Source of the DNA: an uncultured archaeon
Lineage (GTDB): Archaea > Asgardarchaeota > Lokiarchaeia > Sigyniarchaeales > SOKP01
Length of the DNA: 64,000 bases
NCBI GenBank assembly: GCA_964632315.1
Contig: CAZWEM010000008.1
Span: 1-64,000, forward strand
Reading direction: 5' to 3'
Under the pieces are notes generated by a model. The model was not told the origin of the DNA and did not search any database. It saw nothing but the letters and a program-made list of their open reading frames with translations. This document shows positions 49,099 to 58,277 of this stretch, one piece after another (the first letter of the stretch is position 1; every line of letters starts with the position of its first letter). The translations under genes and the position numbers were made by a program.

Positions 49099-50589
49099 TT
49101 AATCAAACTTAGTTGCTTCAGTATCTTTAGTGATTCTCAATTTAACTAAGAGATGAAATGATCGAGGACCAAAAGTGACTAATACATAGAAATTCTCACG
49201 ACTACCTATTTCTAATTCTCCCCCAAGAATTGGAATGATTATATTTCTCATTCCATAAGTACTTGCAAGCTCGTGATCATAATGATTAAAGTCAGCTCGA
49301 TTCTCTAAGGCTCTTACAGTATGCAAGTAGTTAGAGGAATTTAAATCTGAAATTTCAGCGAATTTATAATGTAAATCTAGATAATTCCCATATTCATGCT
49401 CATTTATTATTAAACTCGTGGTAGTATGGTAAGATCTGATGAATAAATCACCATTTTTTAGTGAAGGGTATGTCTTTTTTGCTTCTTTTAAGATGTTTTT
49501 AATCATATCTGTAATGAATAGCAATTGGGTAACTGCATAACTGCGAAGGTGAATGTCATAAATTAAATTGACTTCACATTCATTTTCATAGCTTGATTTT
49601 AAACTACATGACACAAGAGTCTTATTAGACATAATTTTTTCTTTTGGCTTGAAAATTGTTTGATTTAAACGAACAATATTTCGAAAACCCCATGTCCTTA
49701 ATAATAGTTTTTGTGCAAATGGTAATTCTCCTGTTGCTTCTATAAAGCCTCTTTTTATTTGAGATGATTCTAAAGTCGGTGTTGCGCTCCCAAAAGAAAT
49801 ACGATTCCATGAATTTTGAACAAAACCCTCTATAGAAAAAATTTTAAGTAAGATATCTCTTGGAGTTGTTCCACCAAAAGATCTAGGCTCAAATTCAAGC
49901 CAGAGATTATTAAAATATTTTATTAATTGATAATATAGTGGAAAATCACCAGAAACATCAAGACCTGATAATATGATCGGGATATTTTGATGATCGGAAA
50001 CGAATTTCTTTATTGCCTCAATAGACGTGAACTTAGATTCATTATCAGGGAGATATCCATTCCCAATATCAATTTTTAGGAACAAGCTATTTTCTCTGCA
50101 GAAGCTTATTAAACTAGATAATTCTTGTTTATTTGAATTATTTAGATCGAATTTGGCTAAAGAAGGATAGAGCGCAATTCCGACCACAGGAATTTTCTTC
50201 TGGATCTTAATAATATCCTCAACAATATTTTTCTGATTTAAGTTATAAGAAATTACACCTGAAAACAATTTTTGGTCCAATTTTACAATATTAACAACAT
50301 CTGAATTTGAAATTCCATAAGGTCTGTTTAAATCCATTGCCTGGATGAATGCATGATCTATTCCCGAACAATTTAGTTCAATTTTAAGATCAATAAGATC
50401 TATCTTTCTATGATAGAAATATGGGCGTCCTTCCACGTTTTTAAATTGTAATAACATTTCTAAAGGTTCAGATGGCTTTATATCATTCAAAATTGGCCAT
50501 ACCAAACTATCCACTTGATCATAACTAAAGGCATTCGCATAATTTAGCCCAAAAATGCACTGAAAATCAGGTTGATATAATCTTTCCAT
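49099..50589 (-). CDS. amidohydrolase-like TIM barrel fused to YjbQ/UPF0047 domain
   Basis: GIALYP, IILSG, NLWLE, RISFGSATP in the N-part; HTTTSLIINE...IPILGGELEIGS...GPR in the C-part. Confidence 0.75.
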   Translation of the reverse strand: MERLYQPDFQCIFGLNYANAFSYDQVDSLVWPILNDIKPSEPLEMLLQFKNVEGRPYFYHRKIDLIDLKIELNCSGIDHAFIQAMDLNRPYGISNSDVVNIVKLDQKLFSGVISYNLNQKNIVEDIIKIQKKIPVVGIALYPSLAKFDLNNSNKQELSSLISFCRENSLFLKIDIGNGYLPDNESKFTSIEAIKKFVSDHQNIPIILSGLDVSGDFPLYYQLIKYFNNLWLEFEPRSFGGTTPRDILLKIFSIEGFVQNSWNRISFGSATPTLESSQIKRGFIEATGELPFAQKLLLRTWGFRNIVRLNQTIFKPKEKIMSNKTLVSCSLKSSYENECEVNLIYDIHLRSYAVTQLLFITDMIKNILKEAKKTYPSLKNGDLFIRSYHTTTSLIINEHEYGNYLDLHYKFAEISDLNSSNYLHTVRALENRADFNHYDHELASTYGMRNIIIPILGGELEIGSRENFYVLVTFGPRSFHLLVKLRITKDTEATKFD

Positions 50590-50686
50590 TATTGTTCATT
50601 CCTTTTCAGTTATAGATTTGTGATAGTAAATCACAATAAATTACTTTAACTAATAAATTCAAATTAAATTAACTAAAATAATTACT

Positions 50687-52690
50687 TTGCTCATGAATAG
50701 TAACATATTTTTAGACCTAACCAAGGGAACTTTTCCATTTATTATAAAACCAAATTTAGGTCAACCTACATTTCTCAATTTACAAAAAGGATATGGGACA
50801 TCTGAAAGCATGCATAGGTTTAAATCCTACCTGATTGCAATGTCATCGGATTCAGTTGAAATAATATTAGAAACTTTCTATTCGAATATATATATTCAAC
50901 CTATATTGAAAGGAGACGGCGATTTTGAGAAAAGACGAGGGGAAAGATATCCAATTAAACCAATTAAAATAAGTAAAGTAGAAAAATTAGATTTTGAAGA
51001 ACAGGGGATGCTTCGAGAGGAGAAATGCATTGTACATGACTTTTATAAGATGCTTTTAGACATAGATGAGATTTTTGGAAAACGAAAGGCTTTATATGAA
51101 ATAATTTTCGAGATTTCGGTGCCTGTTATTAATGCTATAGGGCACCTCCTAAATCAAACCAATAGAAACGTCATGATTTTTGATATCATCCATGAGATTC
51201 CTAATACAAATTTGAAGAAAGTGAATTTTCATAGTATTGCGGTTTTCGATAAAGATTGGTCAGATTTTAAGTTTATTCAAGCTACAGATCTACATGTTGC
51301 TAGAAGAAATGATTTCATTATTGACTTTCTTAAAAATAAAGTGAGGAGTAAAATTGATAAATCTGGAAATAAGGAAAGGAAATTACGCAAAATTGACCAA
51401 TTTGTTTTAAATAGAGACTATGAATTTAGAGAAGGATTTCAGGAAGGTCGATTAGATGATTTAAAATTTGCTAAATACAATTTTAATTATAATTTAAGAA
51501 AGCTCATTGATTTTACTAATTCCAAAGTTGCTTCAAAAGAATGTGATTTTGTCCTTTTAACAGGTGATTTAGTAGATTATTTATCTATTGGAAAAGGAAA
51601 TAACGTCTATAAGAATAATCTAGAAGTTTTTCTAGAGATCATTCTGGGAATTAATAAAGGTTCGGATAAATGGCCGTTTTTTGAGGAGGATCAAGAATTT
51701 TTTAATAAGAAAGAGATATTAGCACCAATTATTACGACTGTTGGAAACCACGATTACCATAAGGGTCTATATGGTGTACGATTAGCAGGGATAAACAAGA
51801 TATTTGGAATAACTCATTCTGAATTAATAGGTTATCGCGATATTAAATTATGGAATTATATCTTTTCTTTTTATTCTCGAAATAAATTTATAGCAGATTA
51901 TTTTAGGTATGTCAACCCTAATTGCAACTTCATGATGCAAATTGGAGATGAATATAATTTTATATTTTTAGATACCGGAGCGGATTCTCTGGCAGATTTC
52001 CATGATCTAATGAAAGGTGGTGCTAGCACTAAGGGAATTAAGGATTTCCAAGTAGATATCTTACGGACTTATATTCAAATTTCTCTAAATAAAAAAATCA
52101 TCATTGTAATGCACACCCCACCCGTTTCTCCTAATTTGAGTCGTTCAAAAAGAAGAAAATATAAAAAATTATTTAATATTAGAAAAAGAAAACTTCAATG
52201 GTCAGATTTCTATGAAGAAAATTTGAGCAAACTCAATCTTTCAACGAGGATAGAACAATTTCTTAACATGAAATATCAAACAATAATGTATAACTGGAAA
52301 ATTTTTCTAAAAATCATCACTGGTTCAGATAAAATTATCAATAGGAAAGTTGATCTTGTGCTTTGTGGTCATACACATAGCATCAAAGAATATCGCCTAA
52401 GGGAAACTGATGAAGGTCAGATGTTAAATTATGGATTTTGGGGCCTTCCGTTTTATATTGAAATTCCGTGTGAAATTTATGCTTCAATATACAGAGAAAG
52501 GTTAAAAGAGTTCCAAAATGAACAGGATAGAAGGATTTGGTTTGATGTGAATAAACCTTTTGTACTTCAAACCCAGGCTCTTGGACCGCTCTCAGCAAAA
52601 TTTGATACTAAATCTCCCGGATTTCGATACGTCACGATTAAAAATAATCAGCTAGTTGGTTTAGATATTTTCTCATTACACTTAATTTGA
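50687..52690 (+). CDS. large calcineurin-like metallophosphoesterase
   Basis: TDLH, GDLVD, GNHD, MHTP, GHTH. Confidence 0.88.
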   Translation: MLMNSNIFLDLTKGTFPFIIKPNLGQPTFLNLQKGYGTSESMHRFKSYLIAMSSDSVEIILETFYSNIYIQPILKGDGDFEKRRGERYPIKPIKISKVEKLDFEEQGMLREEKCIVHDFYKMLLDIDEIFGKRKALYEIIFEISVPVINAIGHLLNQTNRNVMIFDIIHEIPNTNLKKVNFHSIAVFDKDWSDFKFIQATDLHVARRNDFIIDFLKNKVRSKIDKSGNKERKLRKIDQFVLNRDYEFREGFQEGRLDDLKFAKYNFNYNLRKLIDFTNSKVASKECDFVLLTGDLVDYLSIGKGNNVYKNNLEVFLEIILGINKGSDKWPFFEEDQEFFNKKEILAPIITTVGNHDYHKGLYGVRLAGINKIFGITHSELIGYRDIKLWNYIFSFYSRNKFIADYFRYVNPNCNFMMQIGDEYNFIFLDTGADSLADFHDLMKGGASTKGIKDFQVDILRTYIQISLNKKIIIVMHTPPVSPNLSRSKRRKYKKLFNIRKRKLQWSDFYEENLSKLNLSTRIEQFLNMKYQTIMYNWKIFLKIITGSDKIINRKVDLVLCGHTHSIKEYRLRETDEGQMLNYGFWGLPFYIEIPCEIYASIYRERLKEFQNEQDRRIWFDVNKPFVLQTQALGPLSAKFDTKSPGFRYVTIKNNQLVGLDIFSLHLI

Positions 52691-53647
52691 TTCATCAATA
52701 AATTTAATTACATCTTCAAATGTGGTATCTGCCATCGGCCCAAAATGGCTAACTTTCAGAGCGCCCACCGCATTTGCAAACTGTAAGCATCTTTTTAAAT
52801 CCCATCCTTTTAGATAGGATGAAATAAATGCACCTCCAAATGAATCACCCGCTCCGGTAGGATCTCTTTCTTTAATCTTAAAAGAGGGAACATGAAGTGG
52901 TATAGTGATATTCTTGCTAAAAATTGTTGATCCCCGATCTCCTTGTTTTAAAATAACGAGATCTGGATTTCCCTTTAGTAATTCGAAACATGCTGATTTT
53001 TCGCCCTTAATACCAGCCAACATTTCTGCTTCTTCTCCACTTGGTAGTAGAACATTTGTCTCTTCCAAAACGGGTTTACTGATTCTCAGAATCTCTTCAA
53101 TGTCAAGCATTTCTGGACGTAAATTGGGATCAAATGATACAATAGCCTTGGGATTCATCATTCTGGTTATTTTAATTGCTTTATAACATGCATCTCTTGA
53201 ATTCTTACTAATAGACAAAGAACTTCCCATTATATGTAATGACTTAACATTTGTAAAATATTCTTGGTCAATATCATTAGGAGAAGTATCTGCAGCTGCT
53301 CCAGCTGCAAAAATGAATTTTCTCGATCCATCAGAATTATACTGGTTAAATGCAATACCCGTGGTTAATGATTCGGTTATTCTTATCTGAGAGATATCGA
53401 CTTTATCATTTCTTAGCTTGCTTAGCACGCATTCTCCAAATTCATCGTGGCCCACTACACCAATAAACCCCGTTTTTAGAGTAGTGTCTCTTGTCATTCT
53501 CGCTGCAGAATCTATAAATATAGCTGGTGCACCACTCGGAAAGGGGCCTTTATAAATTGCCCCAAGTTTTCGATGTGGTACGTCCTTTTCATTTCGCATT
53601 ATCTCAACTAACAACTCACCTAAACATATAATCTCGGGATTTCTCAT
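52682..53647 (-). CDS. PfkB family sugar kinase
   Basis: SGAPAI; FDPNLR; DPTGAGDSF. Confidence 0.92.
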   Translation of the reverse strand: MRNPEIICLGELLVEIMRNEKDVPHRKLGAIYKGPFPSGAPAIFIDSAARMTRDTTLKTGFIGVVGHDEFGECVLSKLRNDKVDISQIRITESLTTGIAFNQYNSDGSRKFIFAAGAAADTSPNDIDQEYFTNVKSLHIMGSSLSISKNSRDACYKAIKITRMMNPKAIVSFDPNLRPEMLDIEEILRISKPVLEETNVLLPSGEEAEMLAGIKGEKSACFELLKGNPDLVILKQGDRGSTIFSKNITIPLHVPSFKIKERDPTGAGDSFGGAFISSYLKGWDLKRCLQFANAVGALKVSHFGPMADTTFEDVIKFIDESN

Positions 53648-53943
53648 ATTAAGATCATAATTAATTATAATAAAAATGAGTTTTGGAAATTATTTTTTCC
53701 TTATCCAATATTTACAACAACTTGGATATATCTTATAATATCAGGGAAAAAATGCCTATCATTAGACTATTTAATAATAAAATGAAAATAGAAATCCGTA
53801 AGCCATATCGAACAATTTTGGGTAAAATCTTACTTTATTTTTTAATCTCATTTTCAATTTATAAAGAGAATTAATCTTTAAATTACATTAAAATTAATAC
53901 TCTAGTAATTATAATCTTCTAATTCAGAATAAAAGGGTTAAAA

Positions 53944-54975
53944 TTGTTAGAGACAAATATTACAAAATTGTTTGGAATAAAGAATCCTATTGTTGCAGCC
54001 CCGATGGGTCCTTTCTATACCACTGAGTTAACCATTGCGGTATCTGAAGCGGGTGGTCTTGGAGTATTAAGCCATACTAATTTATTTGGTAAGAGTAGCA
54101 TTGAGGAAATGAAAAAAAACATGCTTCACGTGATAGAACATACAGATAAACCCTTTGGATTCAATATAAGAACGTCTAGATTACAACTTGATGCACCATT
54201 ATTGTGTCGTCAAATTCCCAAGTTTATACAAAGCAACCCTAAATTACGAGATCAATGTTTATATGCTGTTACAAGTGCAGGTAGTCCCAAAACAATGCAT
54301 AGTAAACAATTTCTGAGATTAAAGGAGTCTGGTTCTCAAATTAAGCATTTTCATGTTGCACCAGCACTCTGGCTCGCAGATAAATGTGTTGCAAATGGAG
54401 TGGATGGGATGGTTGTCACGGGTTGGGAAGGAGGTGGTCATCAATCGTATGAAAAAATAAGTTCATTAGTCTTGCTTCAGCAAGTACGTCAAAAGCATCC
54501 TGATATTCCTATTATTGCTTGCGGTGGTTTTGCTTCTGGAGAGGGTCTTGCCGCGGCATTATCTATGGGTGCAGGAGCAATTGCTATGGGTTCAAGATTC
54601 ATTGCCTCAAAAGATAGTGAATTTCATGAAAAATATAAAAATATTGTTCCATCTGCTAAAGCGGATGATACAGTTTGGGTAACGGGAGTATTAGGGCCAA
54701 TCAGGTTATGGAAAAATGAATATTCACTTCACCATGGTATGATATCAAGTAAGGAAGAGAAAATGGCATTAGAAGCTAAAATCACGCCTCAAATGGCGCT
54801 TGAGGATCAGAAACACTACGAGATGACCTATGAAGGAGATATCACGAATGGAGCAGTTTTGCTAGGCCAAAGCATCGGGTTAATAGACTCAATAAAGAGT
54901 GTTAAAGAAATCGTTAATGGTATTATAAAGAGAGCTCAAGAATGTTTAGAAAATGGGGCACGTCTAATTAAGTAA
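53944..54975 (+). CDS. nitronate monooxygenase / FabK-like flavoenzyme
   Basis: VSEAGGLG; GWEGGGH; IIACGG; MGSRF; GQSIG. Confidence 0.9.
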   Translation: MLETNITKLFGIKNPIVAAPMGPFYTTELTIAVSEAGGLGVLSHTNLFGKSSIEEMKKNMLHVIEHTDKPFGFNIRTSRLQLDAPLLCRQIPKFIQSNPKLRDQCLYAVTSAGSPKTMHSKQFLRLKESGSQIKHFHVAPALWLADKCVANGVDGMVVTGWEGGGHQSYEKISSLVLLQQVRQKHPDIPIIACGGFASGEGLAAALSMGAGAIAMGSRFIASKDSEFHEKYKNIVPSAKADDTVWVTGVLGPIRLWKNEYSLHHGMISSKEEKMALEAKITPQMALEDQKHYEMTYEGDITNGAVLLGQSIGLIDSIKSVKEIVNGIIKRAQECLENGARLIK

Positions 54976-55045
54976 TCTTTCTTTTTTATTTTAAATTGCT
55001 ATTTCTTAATCAAATTAATATATTGCTTAAGCTAAATTAATAAGT

Positions 55046-55285
55046 ATGGAAAACCGAAAAAAAATTGAATTAATTGCAGAAGTTTTGGAACGGTATGATA
55101 AGGGCACCTGTTTTTATTGCGTTAGTGTTTTAAACGGAGATATGGAAGCATATGATCGAGATGAGGGTTTTGATGATGATTGGTGTCCTAATTGTTGTGA
55201 AAGCATTGATCCTAATGATGATTGGGATGAAGCATGTATAAGTGCTATCGAAAAGGTTATCCATAATCAAGAATTTGTACCCTAA
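55046..55285 (+). CDS. small acidic Cys-rich (putative Zn-binding) protein
   Basis: CFYC...WCPNCC; Asp/Glu-rich. Confidence 0.6.
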   Translation: MENRKKIELIAEVLERYDKGTCFYCVSVLNGDMEAYDRDEGFDDDWCPNCCESIDPNDDWDEACISAIEKVIHNQEFVP

Positions 55286-55307
55286 AAAACCTAATCAGGT
55301 GATTAAA

Positions 55308-55775
55308 ATGACAAGCAGAATAGAAATCCAACCTTATCAATACATGGAGTATTTTATGAAAGAGGCCGCCCATATAGTTTCAATGAGTAAGGAGGGCAAT
55401 TTGAACGTGATGGCAGTTTTATGGAAGACTATTGGTGAATTGTGGGGTATTCCCATAATCACAATAGCTGTTTCGCCGGCCAGATATTCTCATGAATTTC
55501 TATCACAAGGAATTCCTGAATTTTCATTAAATATTCCATCCAAGAATATTGCTCATACAATCAATATAACTGGAACTAAATCTGGAAGAAATACGGATAA
55601 ATTCAAAGAAGCAAACTTAGAAATTATCGAGGGAAAAACAACTAAAGTACCTACAATTAAAGACTGCATCTTAAATTATGAATGTAAAATAGTACATTCG
55701 TGTAAATCTGGCAGTATGGCAAGCCATACCTTATTTTTTGGTGAAATCTTAGCAGCTTATACTTCCATTGAATGA
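55308..55775 (+). CDS. flavin reductase family protein
   Basis: NVMAV; RYSHE; GTKSGRNTDKF; YECK; HTLFFGEI. AGGTGA precedes ATG 55308. Confidence 0.88.
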   Translation: MTSRIEIQPYQYMEYFMKEAAHIVSMSKEGNLNVMAVLWKTIGELWGIPIITIAVSPARYSHEFLSQGIPEFSLNIPSKNIAHTINITGTKSGRNTDKFKEANLEIIEGKTTKVPTIKDCILNYECKIVHSCKSGSMASHTLFFGEILAAYTSIE

Positions 55776-55805
55776 TTAGGCATAGATATAAAAAAAATAT
55801 AAAAA

Positions 55806-56417
55806 TTATTTTGGAGATTTTTCTTTTTCCTCAATAATGTAAATTTTATCAAAAGCTTGGATTAAATTAGTAGTTATAGATTTTCTTGCGAAACCAACAA
55901 ATAATAATGAAACAATCGCACTTAGTCCAAATTGAACTGCTCCATTGAAAAACAATTCAAATAATGCACTTGGAAATCCATATAAAATTATTTCCGCAAT
56001 AAAATATCCCACCACCATTATAGTACCCCCAATAATAACCCCAATAAAATCCTTATAGTTTATTTTAAGATAATTTTTTCGTGGATTACTTATGAGTCCC
56101 ACTATAAATCCCTCTAATCCTTTAATTATTAAAGTTGCTAGAGCATATTGAGGTGCTAAAAAAATGTCAGTCAAAGCAGAACCAAATCCACCCGCAATAC
56201 CCCCAATTATAGGTCCAAAAAGTAATCCAGAGATCATCACTCCAATATCTCCTAAATTGATATACCCTTGGGTGGTGGGAATTGTAAATGGCACAATAAA
56301 GGTTAAGATGCATGTTACTGCGGCAAAAATTGCTGCAACAGGTAAAACAATGATATTATTTAGCAAATAATATCCCATAAAGTTAGAATTTTTACGATTA
56401 CTACTCATTTTGATCAA
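55806..56417 (-). CDS. ECF transporter S component
   Basis: IPTTQGYINLGD...LLFGP..GGIAGGFGSALTD...TLIIKGLEG. Confidence 0.9.
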   Translation of the reverse strand: MIKMSSNRKNSNFMGYYLLNNIIVLPVAAIFAAVTCILTFIVPFTIPTTQGYINLGDIGVMISGLLFGPIIGGIAGGFGSALTDIFLAPQYALATLIIKGLEGFIVGLISNPRKNYLKINYKDFIGVIIGGTIMVVGYFIAEIILYGFPSALFELFFNGAVQFGLSAIVSLLFVGFARKSITTNLIQAFDKIYIIEEKEKSPK

Positions 56418-56527
56418 TTAGGTATTAATTATAATTGGTAAGAATATTCTTTCCAAAGAACCAATTGTGGTTTCATGTATATAAATCTCATTGATAATAT
56501 AAAAATTATTAAAAAATTAGTAAACAT

Positions 56528-56572
56528 TAGTCCCCCCGCTGCAAGAGGGTTACTTAGGATATCAGTCCTTTT
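56528..56572 (-). promoter_or_regulatory. GC-rich two-hairpin element upstream of the ECF S component (candidate cis-regulatory RNA)
   Basis: Minus strand: AGGA-CUGAUA-UCCU hairpin, then a CCCUCU/GGGGGG stem using G-U pairs, in an otherwise very AT-rich spacer. Confidence 0.25.
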
Positions 56573-56718
56573 AAACCAATTGAAAAAGCGTTATGGACAA
56601 GAGGTTAAATTAACTTTTCTTCAGAAAAGTGCATTAATTTAGAGGGTTAAAAGATTAGATATAAATTTAGATTCTTTTACTATAAAAAATAGTCAGATTT
56701 TATTTAGAGAATTTTAAG

Positions 56719-58233
56719 ATGAATGAGAAATTAAGTGAAGAATTTAATAGGAGCATTTCTCAGACATTGTTAAAGAATCATCCAGACATAATTCTGATTC
56801 TTGACGGGGAAGGCAAAATTATTCAAGTTTCTGACAATATTATTAAGACATTTAATGATTATAGCAGAAATGAATTAATTGGTAAATCTCTTGCTGAATT
56901 CATGGTTGAAAAAGATAAAAAAGTGTTCAAGAAGCAGTTAAAAGAAATCTCGGAGAAAAAAATCTTAAAAATGGAGGAATACAAGTTCATAAAGAAAGAT
57001 CACTCAAAGATAGCTGGGGAGCTAAGTTTAAGCATTGTTGAATCTGAAATTGGAAATGATATCTTATTGGGGATCATGAGAGACATCTCCAATCAAAAAT
57101 CATTAGAAAAAGACCTAGTCAAAAGTAAACAAATGTTCCAACTTGTTATGGACAATATTCCACAATTACTCTCTTGGAAAGATATTAATTCAATTTATAT
57201 TGGATGTAACAAGAATTTCGCCCGTGTAGCGGGTTTAAACGAACCAGCGGAGATCATAGGAAAATCTGATTATGAGCTTCCTTGGAAAATTAGTGAAGCG
57301 GAGTCATTTTTTGAAATTGATCAACTGGTTATGGACACAGATAAACCAGAGTATCATATCTTCGAGCCACAATTACAAGCTGATGGAAAACAAGCCTGGT
57401 TAGATACGAATAAAATTCCACTTCATAATTCTAGAGGAGAAGTTGTGGGTATTTTGTGCACCTATGAAGATATAACCGATCGAGTCAATGCAGAGATCGC
57501 TTTGAAAAATTCAGAAAAAAAATATAGAGAAGCATTTAACAGAGCTGAATTTTATAAAGATGTATTCGCCCATGATATTAGTAATATTTTACAAGGGATT
57601 TTATCCTCTCTTGAACTTTCTCGTTTAACATTGAAAGACGTGGAGATTAACAAAATCGACAAATTTTATGAAATTATTGAAGATCAGATCAATAGAGGAG
57701 CAAATCTGGTTTCTAATATTCGTAAAATATCCTCAATTGATGATAATGAGAAAAAATTAATACCAATTAACGTATCCCAATACATTAAAGAAGCGATTGA
57801 GGTAGTTCGCAAAATTTTTCCAAAACGAAAAATCACTTTTCAATTAACAGCACCTCAAGATCTCGTGTATGTAAAAGCAAATAAATTGTTACTTGATGTA
57901 TTCCAAAATATCATATATAATGCTGTTAAGCACAATAAAAACTCTATAGTAGATATTGATGTAATTGTGAACGATGAATTAATTGAAGGAAAATCTCATA
58001 TTAAGCTACAATTTGTTGATAATGGTCTTGGGGTACCTGATCCCCAAAAAATTACTATTTTCCAAAGAGGGACGGTTGAATCTAAGAGTTTTAACAGATT
58101 AGGCCTTGGATTATCATTAGTTAAAAAATTGGTTGAAACTTATAATGGTCAAATTTGGGTCGAAGATAAAGTTAAAGGAGACCCTACTAAAGGCAGTAAT
58201 TTCATTATTTTGATTGAACAATCACTTATTTAG
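56719..58233 (+). CDS. PAS-PAS sensor histidine kinase
   Basis: Two PAS/PAC domains; AHDISN H-box; NAVKH; DNGLG; GLGL. Confidence 0.93.
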   Translation: MNEKLSEEFNRSISQTLLKNHPDIILILDGEGKIIQVSDNIIKTFNDYSRNELIGKSLAEFMVEKDKKVFKKQLKEISEKKILKMEEYKFIKKDHSKIAGELSLSIVESEIGNDILLGIMRDISNQKSLEKDLVKSKQMFQLVMDNIPQLLSWKDINSIYIGCNKNFARVAGLNEPAEIIGKSDYELPWKISEAESFFEIDQLVMDTDKPEYHIFEPQLQADGKQAWLDTNKIPLHNSRGEVVGILCTYEDITDRVNAEIALKNSEKKYREAFNRAEFYKDVFAHDISNILQGILSSLELSRLTLKDVEINKIDKFYEIIEDQINRGANLVSNIRKISSIDDNEKKLIPINVSQYIKEAIEVVRKIFPKRKITFQLTAPQDLVYVKANKLLLDVFQNIIYNAVKHNKNSIVDIDVIVNDELIEGKSHIKLQFVDNGLGVPDPQKITIFQRGTVESKSFNRLGLGLSLVKKLVETYNGQIWVEDKVKGDPTKGSNFIILIEQSLI

Positions 58234-58277
58234 AAGATATGACTAACTTTTTTTGATTGAAATAATAATTATTATTA

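Noticed and set aside
53683-53874. 63-aa ORF
   Set aside because: AT-rich divergent promoter region with a TTG start and no recognisable features.
56528-56600. Canonical TPP or preQ1 riboswitch
   Set aside because: Lacks the CUGAGA and P4/P5 consensus of TPP and the A-rich tail of preQ1-I; kept only as an unclassified candidate.
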